Part shown: positions 14,341 through 27,096 of the stretch, in pieces
Numbering within the stretch: the stretch's first letter is position 1
How the letters are laid out: every line of letters begins with the position of its first letter
Assembly (NCBI GenBank): GCA_951406725.2
Contig: OX597816.1
Coordinates: forward strand, 152,830,001 to 152,894,000
DNA length: 64,000 nucleotides
Reading direction: 5' to 3'
Source of the DNA: Octopus vulgaris
Lineage: Eukaryota
The notes under the pieces: generated by a model
What the model saw: the letters and a program-made list of their open reading frames with translations, nothing else
What the model was told of the DNA's origin: nothing
Database searches by the model: none
Position numbers and translations under genes: made by a program

Positions 14341-14859
14341 TGTATGTATGTATGTATGTATGTATGTATGTATGTATGTATGTATGTATGCATGTATGTA
14401 TATGCGTACATACACACACACGTGAATACACACACACACACGGACACACAGATAGCTAGATAGATGGAGATAGCTAGATAGATAGATATTGCTCTTAAAT
14501 TTGTGTGGCTTTATGCGCGCGCGTATGTTTATTTAATTATTTCTGTCAGCTCCCTACCCATCGTCTTCATTCAATAGAACGTTAATTGTTGGTTGGCTGC
14601 TCTGTTTACATACTCACTTCCCCTTCCACACTTAAGCGCTCCTTCTTTATACCCCCTCTAGTTGAGACCTGCCTCCCTTCCTCTTCTGTCTCCAACCTTT
14701 GCTCACTGATTACATCGCACCTTTCCTATTATCGTCATTTACATACTGGCACGTAAAAAGTAAGTATGTGGGTGTGTAAGGTAAAGAGATGTGTGTGGAC
14801 GTTGTGCTTGTGTCTATATTCGTGTGTGTATGTGTTTGTGTGTGTACATATATACAGGG

Positions 14860-14922
<63 letters not shown>

Positions 14923-15059
14923 GAGAGGAGAGATGAAGAGCAGAAGAGAAGTGTACATATGTATATATGTGTGTGTGTTTGTATGCATATATATTCTTTC
15001 AATGGTTTAAGTCGTAGGTCTGTGGCTATGCTGGAGCACCGTCTTAATTTATTTTCTTT

Positions 15060-15660
15060 TAGTTTTATTGCCGCTTTATGGCAGGAAGTTGGTCTGTTAT
15101 CGAGTTTTGGAGCAGCTGATTTTCTCCGAGTGCATCCTAGAATGATTGGCTGGTCCTGTATCGTCGTTAGGAGTTTATCCAATGACTTTTGCATACTAAC
15201 AGTTCATGCATTCAAATTCCCTCTAATGCTGAAGTTTGGAACATACTTCTTCAGGACTTTCTATACGTATATGATACTATGTCTCTATCTTCAGCGTTCA
15301 AGAGATTAGAGAGACGCAGAGCTTTCAGACGCTCCCAGGAATTAAGCTTTCAACTGAGAACGAATGGGTTTCGATACCAAAGCTGTGAACAGTAATCTAA
15401 TCTCAGAATTAAAATTTTCCACAGAGTCATCATCAACTACCGGTTCAGTTGTCATGAAGGTTCGTAGGTTTCATTCTATGAGATGTCTACATTTAGAGGT
15501 CAGTTTGGTGATGTGGCTGATGAAGGATGCATAATTTGACATGATTACTTCTAAGTCTTGTTTGTCATTAGCACTCTGAATCGCTGTGTTATCTGGTGTC
15601 AAATAATGTGATTTGCGTTTATTCCTTCCGTAATGAAGAACTCGAAACTTTGTCTAACCG
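15060..15660 (-). mobile_element. Decayed CR1-type LINE ORF2 (post-RT region)
   Basis: Broken frames give KFRVLHYG...QDLEVIMSNYASFISHI, RLDYCSQLW, WERLKALRL and KSLDKLLTTIQDQP. Confidence 0.8.
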
Positions 15661-16054
15661 AGAAATTTTGAAAGAAATGCAGATAAAATATTTCCAGGTA
15701 AATTCTGCCTTGCAAATGATTCTTCAGTAGCCACAATAAATGTTTTTGTTACGAACAAGTTTCGCAAGTCCGGTTTAGTATATACTTCTCGGGTGCAGAT
15801 AAGGATTTCTTGCTGCTATTTCGTAGCGCATGCACTCACACATGCATATACAAGATGTAACCGAAAAGGTAGATTATGTCATATCTCTGTGAAATACATT
15901 ACACGTGTGATCAGTAGTTACCGAAATCGTTATCAAGGCACTACCTCCAAATGCGACTCCACGTTGTGTCTAAGACAATATATAGTGCCATTCGAAAAGA
16001 TCTACCTTAGGATAATTATATAGAAACCACCTATTATTTGAATGCATTCGCAAA

Positions 16055-16400
16055 CATCTACAAAAGGAATATTGGTGGAACATTTCCATCACGTGGAAAC
16101 GTCTACGAAGTAGAAACATAACAGGCCAGATATCGCTGTTTGGGGCAGAAAAAAAAAAGCTGGAATGTCTTTAATGATAGGTTTGCAGTATCAGGGTTGA
16201 TTTGCGGCTAAATAACAGCATTATGGTAAATTTCTATATTAACACCCACAAGATTTTCACTAAGAAAAAAAAAAAAAATTGCGTGGAATCAAGTACCCTG
16301 AGCTCACAATACGCTGCAAATCCCTTATTTTGGTTCGAAAAAAAATGAGGTGGGGGGATACTTCCCGGAATCATTGGAAATTTTTTTCGTTGAATGAATT
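16055..16400 (+). mobile_element. Fragment of an RLE-type non-LTR retrotransposon endonuclease
   Basis: EYWWNISIT...KHNRPDIAVW motif followed by KYPEL-like remnants. Confidence 0.55.
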
Positions 16401-16733
16401 CCTGTGACCTCCTAATATTGCAAAATTACGTTACTTAAGCTGAGCCTGGCAACTAATGGTTTTGGGATCTTGTTGTTTGTAACTTTTGGTGAGCCATGGT
16501 GCAACCAACAACATAGTAAAAATCCCTGCCATTAATTTGGTGTGGATGGGTAATATCAAATAATTCAATCACAACATATATTTAAATTAAGCATGAAAAA
16601 AATTGAAATATTATCATCACTTACATGGAAAAATTGAAATATTATCTTTCAGTATTTTATAAGGTAAAATCTTAAATTATTAATTAACACATTATTAATT
16701 ATCTTATAACAGCAATGCCTGGAAAAATAATGG

Positions 16734-17251
16734 ATTACATGGGAAAATGCGAGCATGAAAAGTCATATTCTAAAGATTATAAACCCGGAAAAGTACAGGA
16801 CAACTTATTACACATGTAAAGGTATAGGACAAGCTATTACTTCTATTAAAGTAAAGAATAAGAAACATTTTAATTAAAATATTGCAGCTAAAATTAAAAT
16901 TCGAATATTAAAACTTATCTTATTATAGTTTACAAATAATACTATTCTTATTTAAGTAGAATTTGGCTAATTTGCTAGCTTAAATACAGAAAAAAAGTGA
17001 CTAATTAGACAAACTTACAAATTAGCTGACAGTTTTGTACAATAAATTTAAAAGATGAGAACTGTAAAGAGTGATAAATTAGAACTGGCATTCTTTGCTG
17101 CAATATCTTAAGTAAAAAGTTTCTTATTCTTTACTTTACTAGAAGTAATAGCTTGTCCTATACTTTTACAGTTGTAATAACGTATCCTATACTTTTCCAG
17201 GTTTATAATCTTAAGAATATGACTTTTCATGGTCGCATTTTTCCATGTAAT
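16734..17251. mobile_element. MITE/fold-back with ~155-bp inverted arms
   Basis: 16734-16888 and 17097-17251 are diverged reverse complements with a ~208-bp AT-rich spacer. Ends read ta|CATGG...CCATG|ta. Confidence 0.85.
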
Positions 17252-17335
17252 ACACACACACACACAATATATATTTGTAGCACAATAAAGGGGTAAATGA
17301 CACGGTATATTCCCGTCACAGGCCATTACTTTCAG

Positions 17336-17396
17336 TTTTCTCCTGTACTGCTTTCAACTGTACCGGCTCTTATTCAAGTTACATTTACAAATCAGA
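17336..17396 (+). CDS. Candidate internal exon (R)FLLYCFQLYRLLFKLHLQIR
   Basis: ttactttcag| acceptor. Phase 2 to 0 bridges 12380 to 19436, but the gtacat donor is weak. Confidence 0.22.
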
Positions 17397-18079
17397 GTAC
17401 ATTTTAGGTCATTGACTATTGACTTGATGCTTCTTAGTTCATCGACTTAGTTGAATCTCACTCCACCTACATCTCGTTGTTTCTCTCCCTCCCTCCCCTC
17501 TCTCTTTCTCTATCTCCCCCTCTCCCTCTCTCTGATTTAACACTTCGTGGGTCAAAATAATTTATATGTTAGGGATCAAATGATCTATTATGATCATTGA
17601 CATTCCTCGTCGGGAAGGCTTAGTTTAACGGTGACCGTCTAGTTACTTGTATCTCGTAGATTAATTAAGCTGTGTTTCCTGCTTTTTTGAAAGTGTTAAA
17701 AAGTGATTTGTGAGTGATTTGACTGCAGCGTTTAGCAAGCTGACTGACAACATTGGTGGCGGGAAAGGTTTCGACCATCATGATTATATATCTCGAACAT
17801 CATGATTATATAATTTTAAGGGACTTAACTCCCTGAACTGAAAAGGAGTGAATCTTTGAGGAAACGTGTAGTGATACGATAGTTATATCTATACTATAGA
17901 CGCCACAAAAACATTCAACTTTCTAATTAACACCAAAGCAATTAAGAGTTAATGTAACACACACACACGGTTGTACGTACGAACGTATGTATGTATGTAT
18001 GTATGTATGTATGTATGTATGTATGTATGTATGTATGTATGTATGTATGTATGCATATATGTATGTGTGCGTATATATA

Positions 18080-18240
18080 ATCGGGGCTTTACGTTCTGAG
18101 TTCATATTCCGCCGAGGTCGACTATGCCATTCATCCTTTCGGGGTCGATAAATTAAGTACCAGTTGCATAGTGGGGCCGATCTAATCGTCTGGCCCCTCC
18201 CCCAAAATTTTGGGCCTTGTGCCTAATGTAGAAAAGAATA
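18080..18240 (+). mobile_element. SINE family B, 5'-truncated (repeated at ~20735 and ~23380)
   Basis: gccgaggtcgactatgccattcatcctttcggggtcgataaattaagtaccag core. Confidence 0.85.
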
Positions 18241-18675
18241 TATAATTGTGACTCTGAGTATTTGCATGTCTATGTGCGTGTATATATGTGTATCTGTGTG
18301 TGTGTGTGATTCAGAAAAACATATCAAATTTCCGGAACAGAAGGCCAGCTACTGGTTCAATGCACAAAATTCGTTGGGGAAATACTATGAAACATGTTTT
18401 AAATATTCACCAGGCTGCAAAGCCTGTCCATTCCAAACCAGAATTTTTCAAACCAACAATATTTAGCTCTGTATTCCAAACGCAATTAATTTTGACTCCC
18501 AGCATGGACCACATACGTTGACTCACTCAACGTGTGAACTCGACGACCTTGTGTACCTTTGAGTGGTTCTTAAACTTTAATCAAGAGCTTATATGCAACT
18601 GAGTGAAACAAGCTCCTGTCACTCATACCAGTTTTTTTTTTAAGTAGCTCTTAACTGTTTTCTCTATCAATTGGA

Positions 18676-18979
18676 GTGGAGGCACATGGCCTAGTGGTTA
18701 GAGCAGCGGACTCGCGGTCGAGGGATCGCGGGTTCGAATCTCAGACCGGGTCATGTGTGTGTTTATGAGCGAAACACCTAAGATCCACGCGGCTCCGGCA
18801 GAAGGTAATGGCGAACGTCTGCTGACTCTTTCGCCATAACTTTCTCTCACTCTTTCCTCCTGCATCTTGCAGCTCACCTGCGACGGACCGGCGTCCCGTC
18901 CAGGTGGGGAACCTATACGCCAAGGAAACCGGCCCTTATGAGCCAGGCGTGGCTTGAGAAGGAACAAACAAAAAAAAAA
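18676..18979 (+). mobile_element. Intact tRNA-derived SINE family C with 13-bp TSD
   Basis: A box tggcctagtgg, B box ggttcgaatc, A-rich tail, and TCTATCAATTGGA on both sides. Confidence 0.93.
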
Positions 18980-19435
18980 TCTATCAATTGGACGGATATA
19001 AGTACAGATTGGATAAGACAGCAATATCCTATTGAAATAACTCGAGCTCTTTGTTGGTTCATCATGCAAAGAGAGCATTGTGGTTAAATAAGAATAGAGA
19101 TGAGATCTACCAAACTAGTTTCATTGCTTTGTATCATGTTGAAGATGGCTTACTCACTATTCCTAACCACATAGTGAATAGTAGCTTATAACTATTTATA
19201 TTAAACACAAACTCAGATAGAACTAAATACGCCTTCTCTAATTTTCATAAAGCGTAATCATCGGCAACAGAATTTAATTAATTAATATAAGCACCACAGA
19301 GTGTTTTTGATTTAGTTGTAGGGTAAACTTATAGATGGGTATTTTTGGAGAGAGATATTTTAAACCCAACTGCGAAAAGTAGACCACACTTCTTATCTCA
19401 TTTCTTTCTCTTCATGTACCATGCTTGTTTTGCAG

Positions 19436-19460
19436 GCATTGGTGTTCAAAGACTTCTATG
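19436..19460 (+). CDS. Micro-exon A, copy 1 (ALVFKDFY+g)
   Basis: Strong polypyrimidine tract ...cttgttttgcag| and atg|gtaaat donor; 25 nt, phase 0 to 1. Confidence 0.6.
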
Positions 19461-19991
19461 GTAAATTCGGAATGTTCATAATTTTTCTTGGGTAATATAA
19501 AATGTTTTTTTCGTCGCTTTTTGCCCATTTAATTCGTTTACTCCGCTAGTCGCCTTCTTTCTCGAGCTTATCCTTGAAGCATAGGGCTTATTTAACTCGT
19601 ATCCAGGACTGATTCACGTAACATCAAGTTATTTTCACGCGCAAACGGGCCTGTGTACACATGTTTAGGGGCTTGCCTTACTCCAAGTTCTATTTTAACC
19701 AAAACTGGGGTCCTCAACAGATACTAATACTCTGGGCCAGAGTGGACCTAAGATTATTGGAGAAACTCTATACTCCCCCAAATTCCTGAACTCCCGCACC
19801 GGATGCAGTTAGCTGTTGACCAGCATCAGAAAAGTAGATATTGCAGTTAAACATCCTTTTTTTCGGTGACTAGAAGGAAGAGTTCAACCTGACAAGTTTC
19901 AGCATTTATTATTGCTTCATTACAGTTCACTTACACACTATTCATGGAGACTGAAAAAATAGTAGCTTGTAGCTATTTATATTACATACAG

Positions 19992-20020
19992 ATCTAGATA
20001 CACTAAGTTTGTGTAATTTG
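19992..20020 (+). CDS. Micro-exon B, copy 1 (DLDTLSLCNL)
   Basis: catacag| acceptor and ttg|gtatgt donor; 29 nt, phase 1 to 0. Only one frame passes through A-B-C without a stop. Confidence 0.55.
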
Positions 20021-20185
20021 GTATGTGTACATTGCATACACTTACACTTTTACACGCATAGATAAAAGTTCAACCGTCAAACGCAAGCGAGTACATTATA
20101 ATGGCTCGTACCACGCTTTCTCTGATTGTTTTATGTAGCCACATTCAGATAGTCATTTTTTTCGACCCTTCTACTCTTGACCCAG

Positions 20186-20260
20186 CAGAACATTGAAGAT
20201 GTGACAGTTGGATGGAAATTGGGCAGCACCGTCAGTCCGTTGATAATCTTTGTCCGTGAG
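20186..20260 (+). CDS. Exon C, copy 1 (QNIEDVTVGWKLGSTVSPLIIFVRE)
   Basis: tttttttcgacccttctactcttgacccag| (NAGNAG) acceptor and gag|gtacgc donor; 75 nt, phase 0 to 0; higher GC than flanks. Confidence 0.62.
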
Positions 20261-21321
20261 GTACGCTGGGATTATGTGAACTGCTGTACTTTACTTAAGA
20301 AAACTATGCACCTCCCAGACATATATAAATAACATATGTATGTATGAATGTACGTCATTATTCAGTTTTATTTCAAGATTTCTTGTCAATAGAGAAAAAA
20401 CCGTTTCTAACCTAGATCCAAGGCTCCTTCATTGGAATTTCATCATCAACAAGGTATTTTTGTATGTATGTATGCATGCATGTGTGTGTATGTATGTATG
20501 TGTGTGTGTATGTGCAAATTCGTATTCTTTGTCTTATGCATGTATTCTCATGCATATAGTTGCATGTCTAGACATGCTCATATGTACTTTGTGTATGTAT
20601 GTATGTATGTATGTATGTATGTATGTATGCATGTATGTATGTATGTATGTATGTATGTATGTATGTATGTATGTATGTATGTATGTATGTATGTATGTAT
20701 GTATGCATATATGTATGTGTGCGTATATATAATCGGGGCTTTACGTTCTGTTCATATTCCGCCGAGGTCGACTATGCCATTCATCCTTTCGGGGTCGATA
20801 AATTAAGTACCAGTTGCATAGTGGGGCCGATCTAATCGTCTGGCCCCTCCCCCAAAATTTTGGGCCTTGTGCCTAATGTAGAAAAGAATATATAATTGTG
20901 ACTCTGAGTATTTGCATGTCTATGTGCGTGTATATATGTGTATGTGTGTGTGTGATTCAGAAAAACATATCAAATTTCCGGAACAGAAGGCCAGCTACTG
21001 GTTCAATGCACAAAATTCGTTGGGGAAATACTATGAAACATGTTTTAAATATTCACCAGGCTGCAAAGCCTGTCCATTCCAAACCAGAATTTTTCAAACC
21101 AACAATATTTAGCTCTGTATTCCAAACGCTATTAATTTTGACTCCCAGCATGAACCACATACGTTGACTCACTCAACGTGTGAACTCGACGACCTTGTGT
21201 ACCTTTGAGTGGTTCTTAAACTTTAATCAAGAGCTTATATGCAACTGAGTAAAACAAGCTCCTGTCACTCATACCAGTTTTTTTTTTAAGTAGCTCTTAA
21301 CTGTTTTCTCTATCAATTGGA

Positions 21322-21625
21322 GTGGAGGCACATGGCCTAGTGGTTAGAGCAGCGGACTCGCGGTCGAGGGATCGCGGGTTCGAATCTCAGACCGGGTCAT
21401 GTGTGTGTTTATGAGCGAAACACCTAAGATCCACGCGGCTCCGGCAGAAGGTAATGGCGAACGTCTGCTGACTCTTTCGCCATAACTTTCTCTCACTCTT
21501 TCCTCCTGCATCTTGCAGCTCACCTGCGACGGACCGGCGTCCCGTCCAGGTGGGGAACCTATACGCCAAGGAAACCGGCCCTTATGAGCCAGGCGTGGCT
21601 TGAGAAGGAACAAACAAAAAAAAAA
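21322..21625 (+). mobile_element. SINE family C, copy in unit 2
   Basis: Matches 18676-18979, same TSD. Confidence 0.93.
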
Positions 21626-22082
21626 TCTATCAATTGGACGGATATAAGTACAGATTGGATAAGACAGCAATATCCTATTGAAATAACTCGAGCTCTTTGT
21701 TGGTTCATCATGCAAAGAGAGCATTGTGGTTAAATAAGAATAGAGATGAGATCTACCAAACTAGTTTCATTGCTTTGTATCATGTTGAAGATGGCTTACT
21801 CACTATTCCTAACCACATAGTGAATAGTAACTTATAACTATTTATATTAAACACAAACTCAGATAGAACTAAATACGCCTTCTCTAATTTTCATAAAGCG
21901 TAATCATCGGCAACAGAATTTAATTAATTAATATAAGCACCACAGAGTGTTTTTGATTTAGTTGTAGGGTAAACTTATAGATGGGTATTTTTTGGAGAGA
22001 GATATTTTAAACCCAACTGCGAAAAGTAGACCACACTTCTTATCTCATTTCTTTCTCTTCATGTACCATGCTTGTTTTGCAG

Positions 22083-22907
22083 GCATTGGTGTTCAAAGAC
22101 TTCTATGGTAAATTCGGAATGTTCATAATTTTTCTTGGGTAATATAAAATGTTTTTTTCGTCGCTTTTTGCCCATTTAATTCGTTTACTCCGCTAGTCGC
22201 CTTCTTTCTCGAGCTTATCCTTGAAGCATAGGGCTTATTTAACTCGTATCCAGGACTGATTCACGTAACATCAAGTTATTTTCACGCGCAAACGGGCCTG
22301 TGTACACATGTTTAGGGGCTTGCCTTACTCCAAGTTCTATTTTAACCAAAACTGGGGTCCTCAACAGATACTAATACTCTGGGCCAGAGTGGACCTAAGA
22401 TTATTGGAGAAACTCTATACTCCCCCAAATTCCTGAACTCCCGCACCGGATGCAGTTAGCTGTTGACCAGCATCAGAAAAGTAGATATTGCAGTTAAACA
22501 TCCTTTTTTTCGGTGACTAGAAGGAAGAGTTCAACCTGACAAGTTTCAGCATTTATTATTGCTTCATTACAGTTCACTTACACACTATTCATGGAGACTG
22601 AAAAAATAGTAGCTTGTAGCTATTTATATTACATACAGATCTAGATACACTAAGTTTGTGTAATTTGGTATGTGTACATTGCATACACTTACACTTTTAC
22701 ACGCATAGATAAAAGTTCAACCGTCAAACGCAAGCGAGTACATTATAATGGCTCGTACCACGCTTTCTCTGATTGTTTTATGTAGCCACATTCAGATAGT
22801 CATTTTTTTCGACCCTTCTACTCTTGACCCAGCAGAACATTGAAGATGTGACAGTTGGATGGAAATTGGGCAGCACCGTCAGTCCGTTGATAATCTTTGT
22901 CCGTGAG
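22083..22907 (+). CDS. Exons A/B/C, copy 2 (22083-22107, 22639-22667, 22833-22907)
   Basis: Exons and splice sites identical to copy 1. Confidence 0.55.
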
Positions 22908-23976
22908 GTACGCTGGGATTATGTGAACTGCTGTACTTTACTTAAGAAAACTATGCACCTCCCAGACATATATAAATAACATATGTATGTATGAATGTAC
23001 GTCATTATTCAGTTTTATTTCAAGATTTCTTGTCAATAGAGAAAAAACCGTTTCTAACCTAGATCCAAGGCTCCTTCATTGGAATTTCATCATCAACAAG
23101 GTATTTTTGTATGTATGTATGCATGCATGTGTGTGTATGTATGTATGTGTGTGTGTATGTGCAAATTCGTATTCTTTGTCTTATGCATGTATTCTCATGC
23201 ATATAGTTGCATGTCTAGACATGCTCATATGTACTTTGTGTATGTATGTATGTATGTATGTATGTATGTATGTATGCATGTATGTATGTATGTATGTATG
23301 TATGTATGTATGTATGTATGTATGTATGTATGTATGTATGTATGTATGTATGCATATATGTATGTGTGCGTATATATAATCGGGGCTTTACGTTCTGAGT
23401 TCATATTCCGCCGAGGTCGACTATGCCATTCATCCTTTCGGGGTCGATAAATTAAGTACCAGTTGCATAGTGGGGCCGATCTAATCGTCTGGCCCCTCCC
23501 CCAAAATTTTGGGCCTTGTGCCTAATGTAGAAAAGAATATATAATTGTGACTCTGAGTATTTGCATGTCTATGTGCGTGTATATATGTGTATCTGTGTGT
23601 GTGTGTGATTCAGAAAAACATATCAAATTTCCGGAACAGAAGGCCAGCTACTGGTTCAATGCACAAAATTCGTTGGGGAAATACTATGAAACATGTTTTA
23701 AATATTCACCAGGCTGCAAAGCCTGTCCATTCCAAACCAGAATTTTTCAAACCAACAATATTTAGCTCTGTATTCCAAACGCTATTAATTTTGACTTCCC
23801 AGCATGAACCACATACGTTGACTCACTCAACGTGTGAACTCGACGACCTTGTGTACCTTTGAGTGGTTCTTAAACTTTAATCAAGAGCTTATATGCAACT
23901 GAGTAAAACAAGCTCCTGTCACTCATACCAGTTTTTTTTTTTAAGTAGCTCTTAACTGTTTTCTCTATCAATTGGA

Positions 23977-24279
23977 GTGGAGGCACATGGCCTAGTGGTT
24001 AGAGCAGCGGACTCGCGGTCGAGGGATCGCGGGTTCGAATCTCAGACCGGGTCATGTGTGTGTTTATGAGCGAAACACCTAAGATCCACGCGGCTCCGGC
24101 AGAAGGTAATGGCGAACGTCTGCTGACTCTTTCGCCATAACTTTCTCTCACTCTTTCCTCCTGCATCTTGCAGCTCACCTGCGACGGACCGGCGTCCCGT
24201 CCAGGTGGGGAACCTATACGCCAAGGAAACCGGCCCTTATGAGCCAGGCGTGGCTTGAGAAGGAACAAACAAAAAAAAA
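23977..24279 (+). mobile_element. SINE family C, copy in unit 3
   Basis: Matches 18676-18979, same TSD. Confidence 0.93.
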
Positions 24280-24736
24280 TCTATCAATTGGACGGATATA
24301 AGTACAGATTGGATAAGACAGCAATATCCTATTGAAATAACTCGAGCTCTTTGTTGGTTCATCATGCAAAGAGAGCATTGTGGTTAAATAAGAATAGAGA
24401 TGAGATCTACCAAACTAGTTTCATTGCTTTGTATCATGTTGAAGATGGCTTACTCACTATTCCTAACCACATAGTGAATAGTAGCTTATAACTATTTATA
24501 TTAAACACAAACTCAGATAGAACTAAATACGCCTTCTCTAATTTTCATAAAGCGTAATCATCGGCAACAGAATTTAATTAATTAATATAAGCACCACAGA
24601 GTGTTTTTGATTTAGTTGTAGGGTAAACTTATAGATGGGTATTTTTTGGAGAGAGATATTTTAAACCCAACTGCGAAAAGTAGACCACACTTCTTATCTC
24701 ATTTCTTTCTCTTCATGTACCATGCTTGTTTTGCAG

Positions 24737-25561
24737 GCATTGGTGTTCAAAGACTTCTATGGTAAATTCGGAATGTTCATAATTTTTCTTGGGTAATATA
24801 AAATGTTTTTTTCGTCGCTTTTTGCCCATTTAATTCGTTTACTCCGCTAGTCGCCTTCTTTCTCGAGCTTATCCTTGAAGCATAGGGCTTATTTAACTCG
24901 TATCCAGGACTGATTCACGTAACATCAAGTTATTTTCACGCGCAAACGGGCCTGTGTACACATGTTTAGGGGCTTGCCTTACTCCAAGTTCTATTTTAAC
25001 CAAAACTGGGGTCCTCAACAGATACTAATACTCTGGGCCAGAGTGGACCTAAGATTATTGGAGAAACTCTATACTCCCCCAAATTCCTGAACTCCCGCAC
25101 CGGATGCAGTTAGCTGTTGACCAGCATCAGAAAAGTAGATATTGCAGTTAAACATCCTTTTTTTCGGTGACTAGAAGGAAGAGTTCAACCTGACAAGTTT
25201 CAGCATTTATTATTGCTTCATTACAGTTCACTTACACACTATTCATGGAGACTGAAAAAATAGTAGCTTGTAGCTATTTATATTACATACAGATCTAGAT
25301 ACACTAAGTTTGTGTAATTTGGTATGTGTACATTGCATACACTTACACTTTTACACGCATAGATAAAAGCTCAACCGTCAAACGCAAGCGAGTACATTAT
25401 AATGGCTCGTACCACGCTTTCTCTGATTGTTTTATGTAGCCACATTCAGATAGTCATTTTTTTCGACCCTTCTACTCTTGACCCAGCAGAACATTGAAGA
25501 TGTGACAGTTGGATGGAAATTGGGCAGCACCGTCAGTCCGTTGATAATCTTTGTCCGTGAG
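24737..25561 (+). CDS. Exons A/B/C, copy 3 (24737-24761, 25293-25321, 25487-25561)
   Basis: Exons and splice sites identical to copy 1. Confidence 0.55.
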
Positions 25562-26109
25562 GTACGCTGGGATTATGTGAACTGCTGTACTTTACTTAAG
25601 AAAACTATGCACCTCCCAGACATATATAAATAACATATGTATGTATGAATGTACGTCATTATTCAGTTTTATTTCAAGATTTCTTGTCAATAGAGAAAAA
25701 ACCGTTTCTAACCTAGATCCAAGGCTCCTTCATTGGAATTTCATCATCAACAAGGTATTTTTGTATGTTGTATGCATGCATGTGTGTGTATGTATGTATG
25801 TGTGTGTGTATGTGCAAATTCGTATTCTTTGTCTTATGCATGTATTCTCATGCATATAGTTGCATGTCTAGACATGCTCATATGTACTTTGTGTATGTAT
25901 GTATGTATGTATGTATGTATGTATGCATGTATGTATGTATGTATGTATGTATGTATGTATGTATGTATGTATGTATGTATGTATGCATGTACATTCTCCG
26001 CTGATTGATAGTATTCAACAGCTATCCTATGAAAGTGTAGATGCATATAACCAGAAAGAAATCTTTTAAACTCTGCTCAGTTTTGCATGTTTCTAGAGAC
26101 AATCTTTAG

Positions 26110-26235
26110 GAGGCCGGCAATTATTTCTCACCAATAAGAACATGTCAAGACAACTGTGAGCTAAGGTTTGTACGGAAACCGACTGAAATTTGTGAGGAAT
26201 TTCAAGCAAAAATTCGTCCCCAACGTTACTACATT
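26110..26235 (+). CDS. Candidate exon D (EAGNYFSPIRTCQDNCELRFVRKPTEICEEFQAKIRPQRYYI)
   Basis: ctttag| acceptor, 42 open codons, att|gtatgg donor, phase 0 to 0. An alternative model 26097-26155 also fits. Confidence 0.42.
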
Positions 26236-26479
26236 GTATGGTTTCTTAGATGCTGAATCTAACTGGAATCTGTGTAACAGAGTACTGTACACATGTACGT
26301 GAGTTTGAATTTACAAACGAAAGAAAAATGCTCCCTAAATGTCGTAAAGTTTAGCAGAAAGAATTGTGTGTATGGGGAGGGGGGAGCGATGAAACGAAAA
26401 GAGAGAAGTTAGTGAGGAGTGAGCGAGAGAAGTCGAACAATTGTTTTGTGAAATACTTTAAAAGCGATGACAAATGTTG

Positions 26480-26686
26480 TTATTGATAATGATAATGATA
26501 CTGATAATGACAATGATTTGCTGTATGAATTTCTCATATGCTTATGTTAGTAATAACTAATAAATTCAAGAACAATTGTGATGATGATGATGATAATGAT
26601 GACGATGATGACGATGACATTGATGATGATAACAGCAACAACAACAATAATAATGATGATTATGATGATAATGATGATGATGATGA

Positions 26687-26737
<51 letters not shown>

Positions 26738-26764
26738 CTTGCATTGTCTCAATAATGACGAAAA

Positions 26765-26811
<47 letters not shown>

Positions 26812-26831
26812 ATAATAATAATAATAATAAT

Positions 26832-26900
<69 letters not shown>

Positions 26901-26945
26901 AATAATAATAATGATAATAATAATAAAATAATAATAGTAATACTA
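26480..26945. repeat. Mosaic trinucleotide microsatellite (GAT/AAC/TTA/CTA/AAT)
   Basis: Directly visible. Confidence 0.95.
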
Positions 26946-27003
26946 ATTTCTTATTGTTTTTAATATTGCAACAAATTTTTTCTATTATGTCATCTATAAT
27001 GAG

Positions 27004-27096
27004 ATACATCCTGATAGATATGCATACAAAGGTTCAAGACCAACAAATGATATGGAAGGACGATCTTGCAGCAATTACGGACCCTATTATTGCTAA
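27004..27096 (+). CDS. Candidate terminal exon E (IHPDRYAYKGSRPTNDMEGRSCSNYGPYYC*)
   Basis: T-rich tract then aatgag| (weak acceptor), phase 0, stop at 27094-27096, AATAAA at 27323-27328. Confidence 0.38.
   Translation: MHPDRYAYKGSRPTNDMEGRSCSNYGPYYC

Larger units (their letters stand above)
18053..25988 (+). repeat. Tandem triplication of a ~2.65-kb unit (starts 18053, 20705, 23352)
   Basis: Three near-identical copies of unique sequence plus SINEs. All junctions lie in (TATG)n. Confidence 0.97.

Noticed and set aside
18314-18466. Cys-containing ORF (EKHIKFPEQ...CKACPF) in each repeat unit
   Set aside because: No polypyrimidine tract or clear donor, and an indel distinguishes the copies near its start.
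18676-18750. tRNA-like sequence (three copies), plus SINE A and B heads
   Set aside because: They continue into SINE bodies with tails (and a TSD for family C), so they are not stand-alone tRNA genes.
26130-26245. Open antisense frame with a GTGAGA donor opposite exon D
   Set aside because: Poor acceptor, and no phase-compatible minus-strand neighbours were found.
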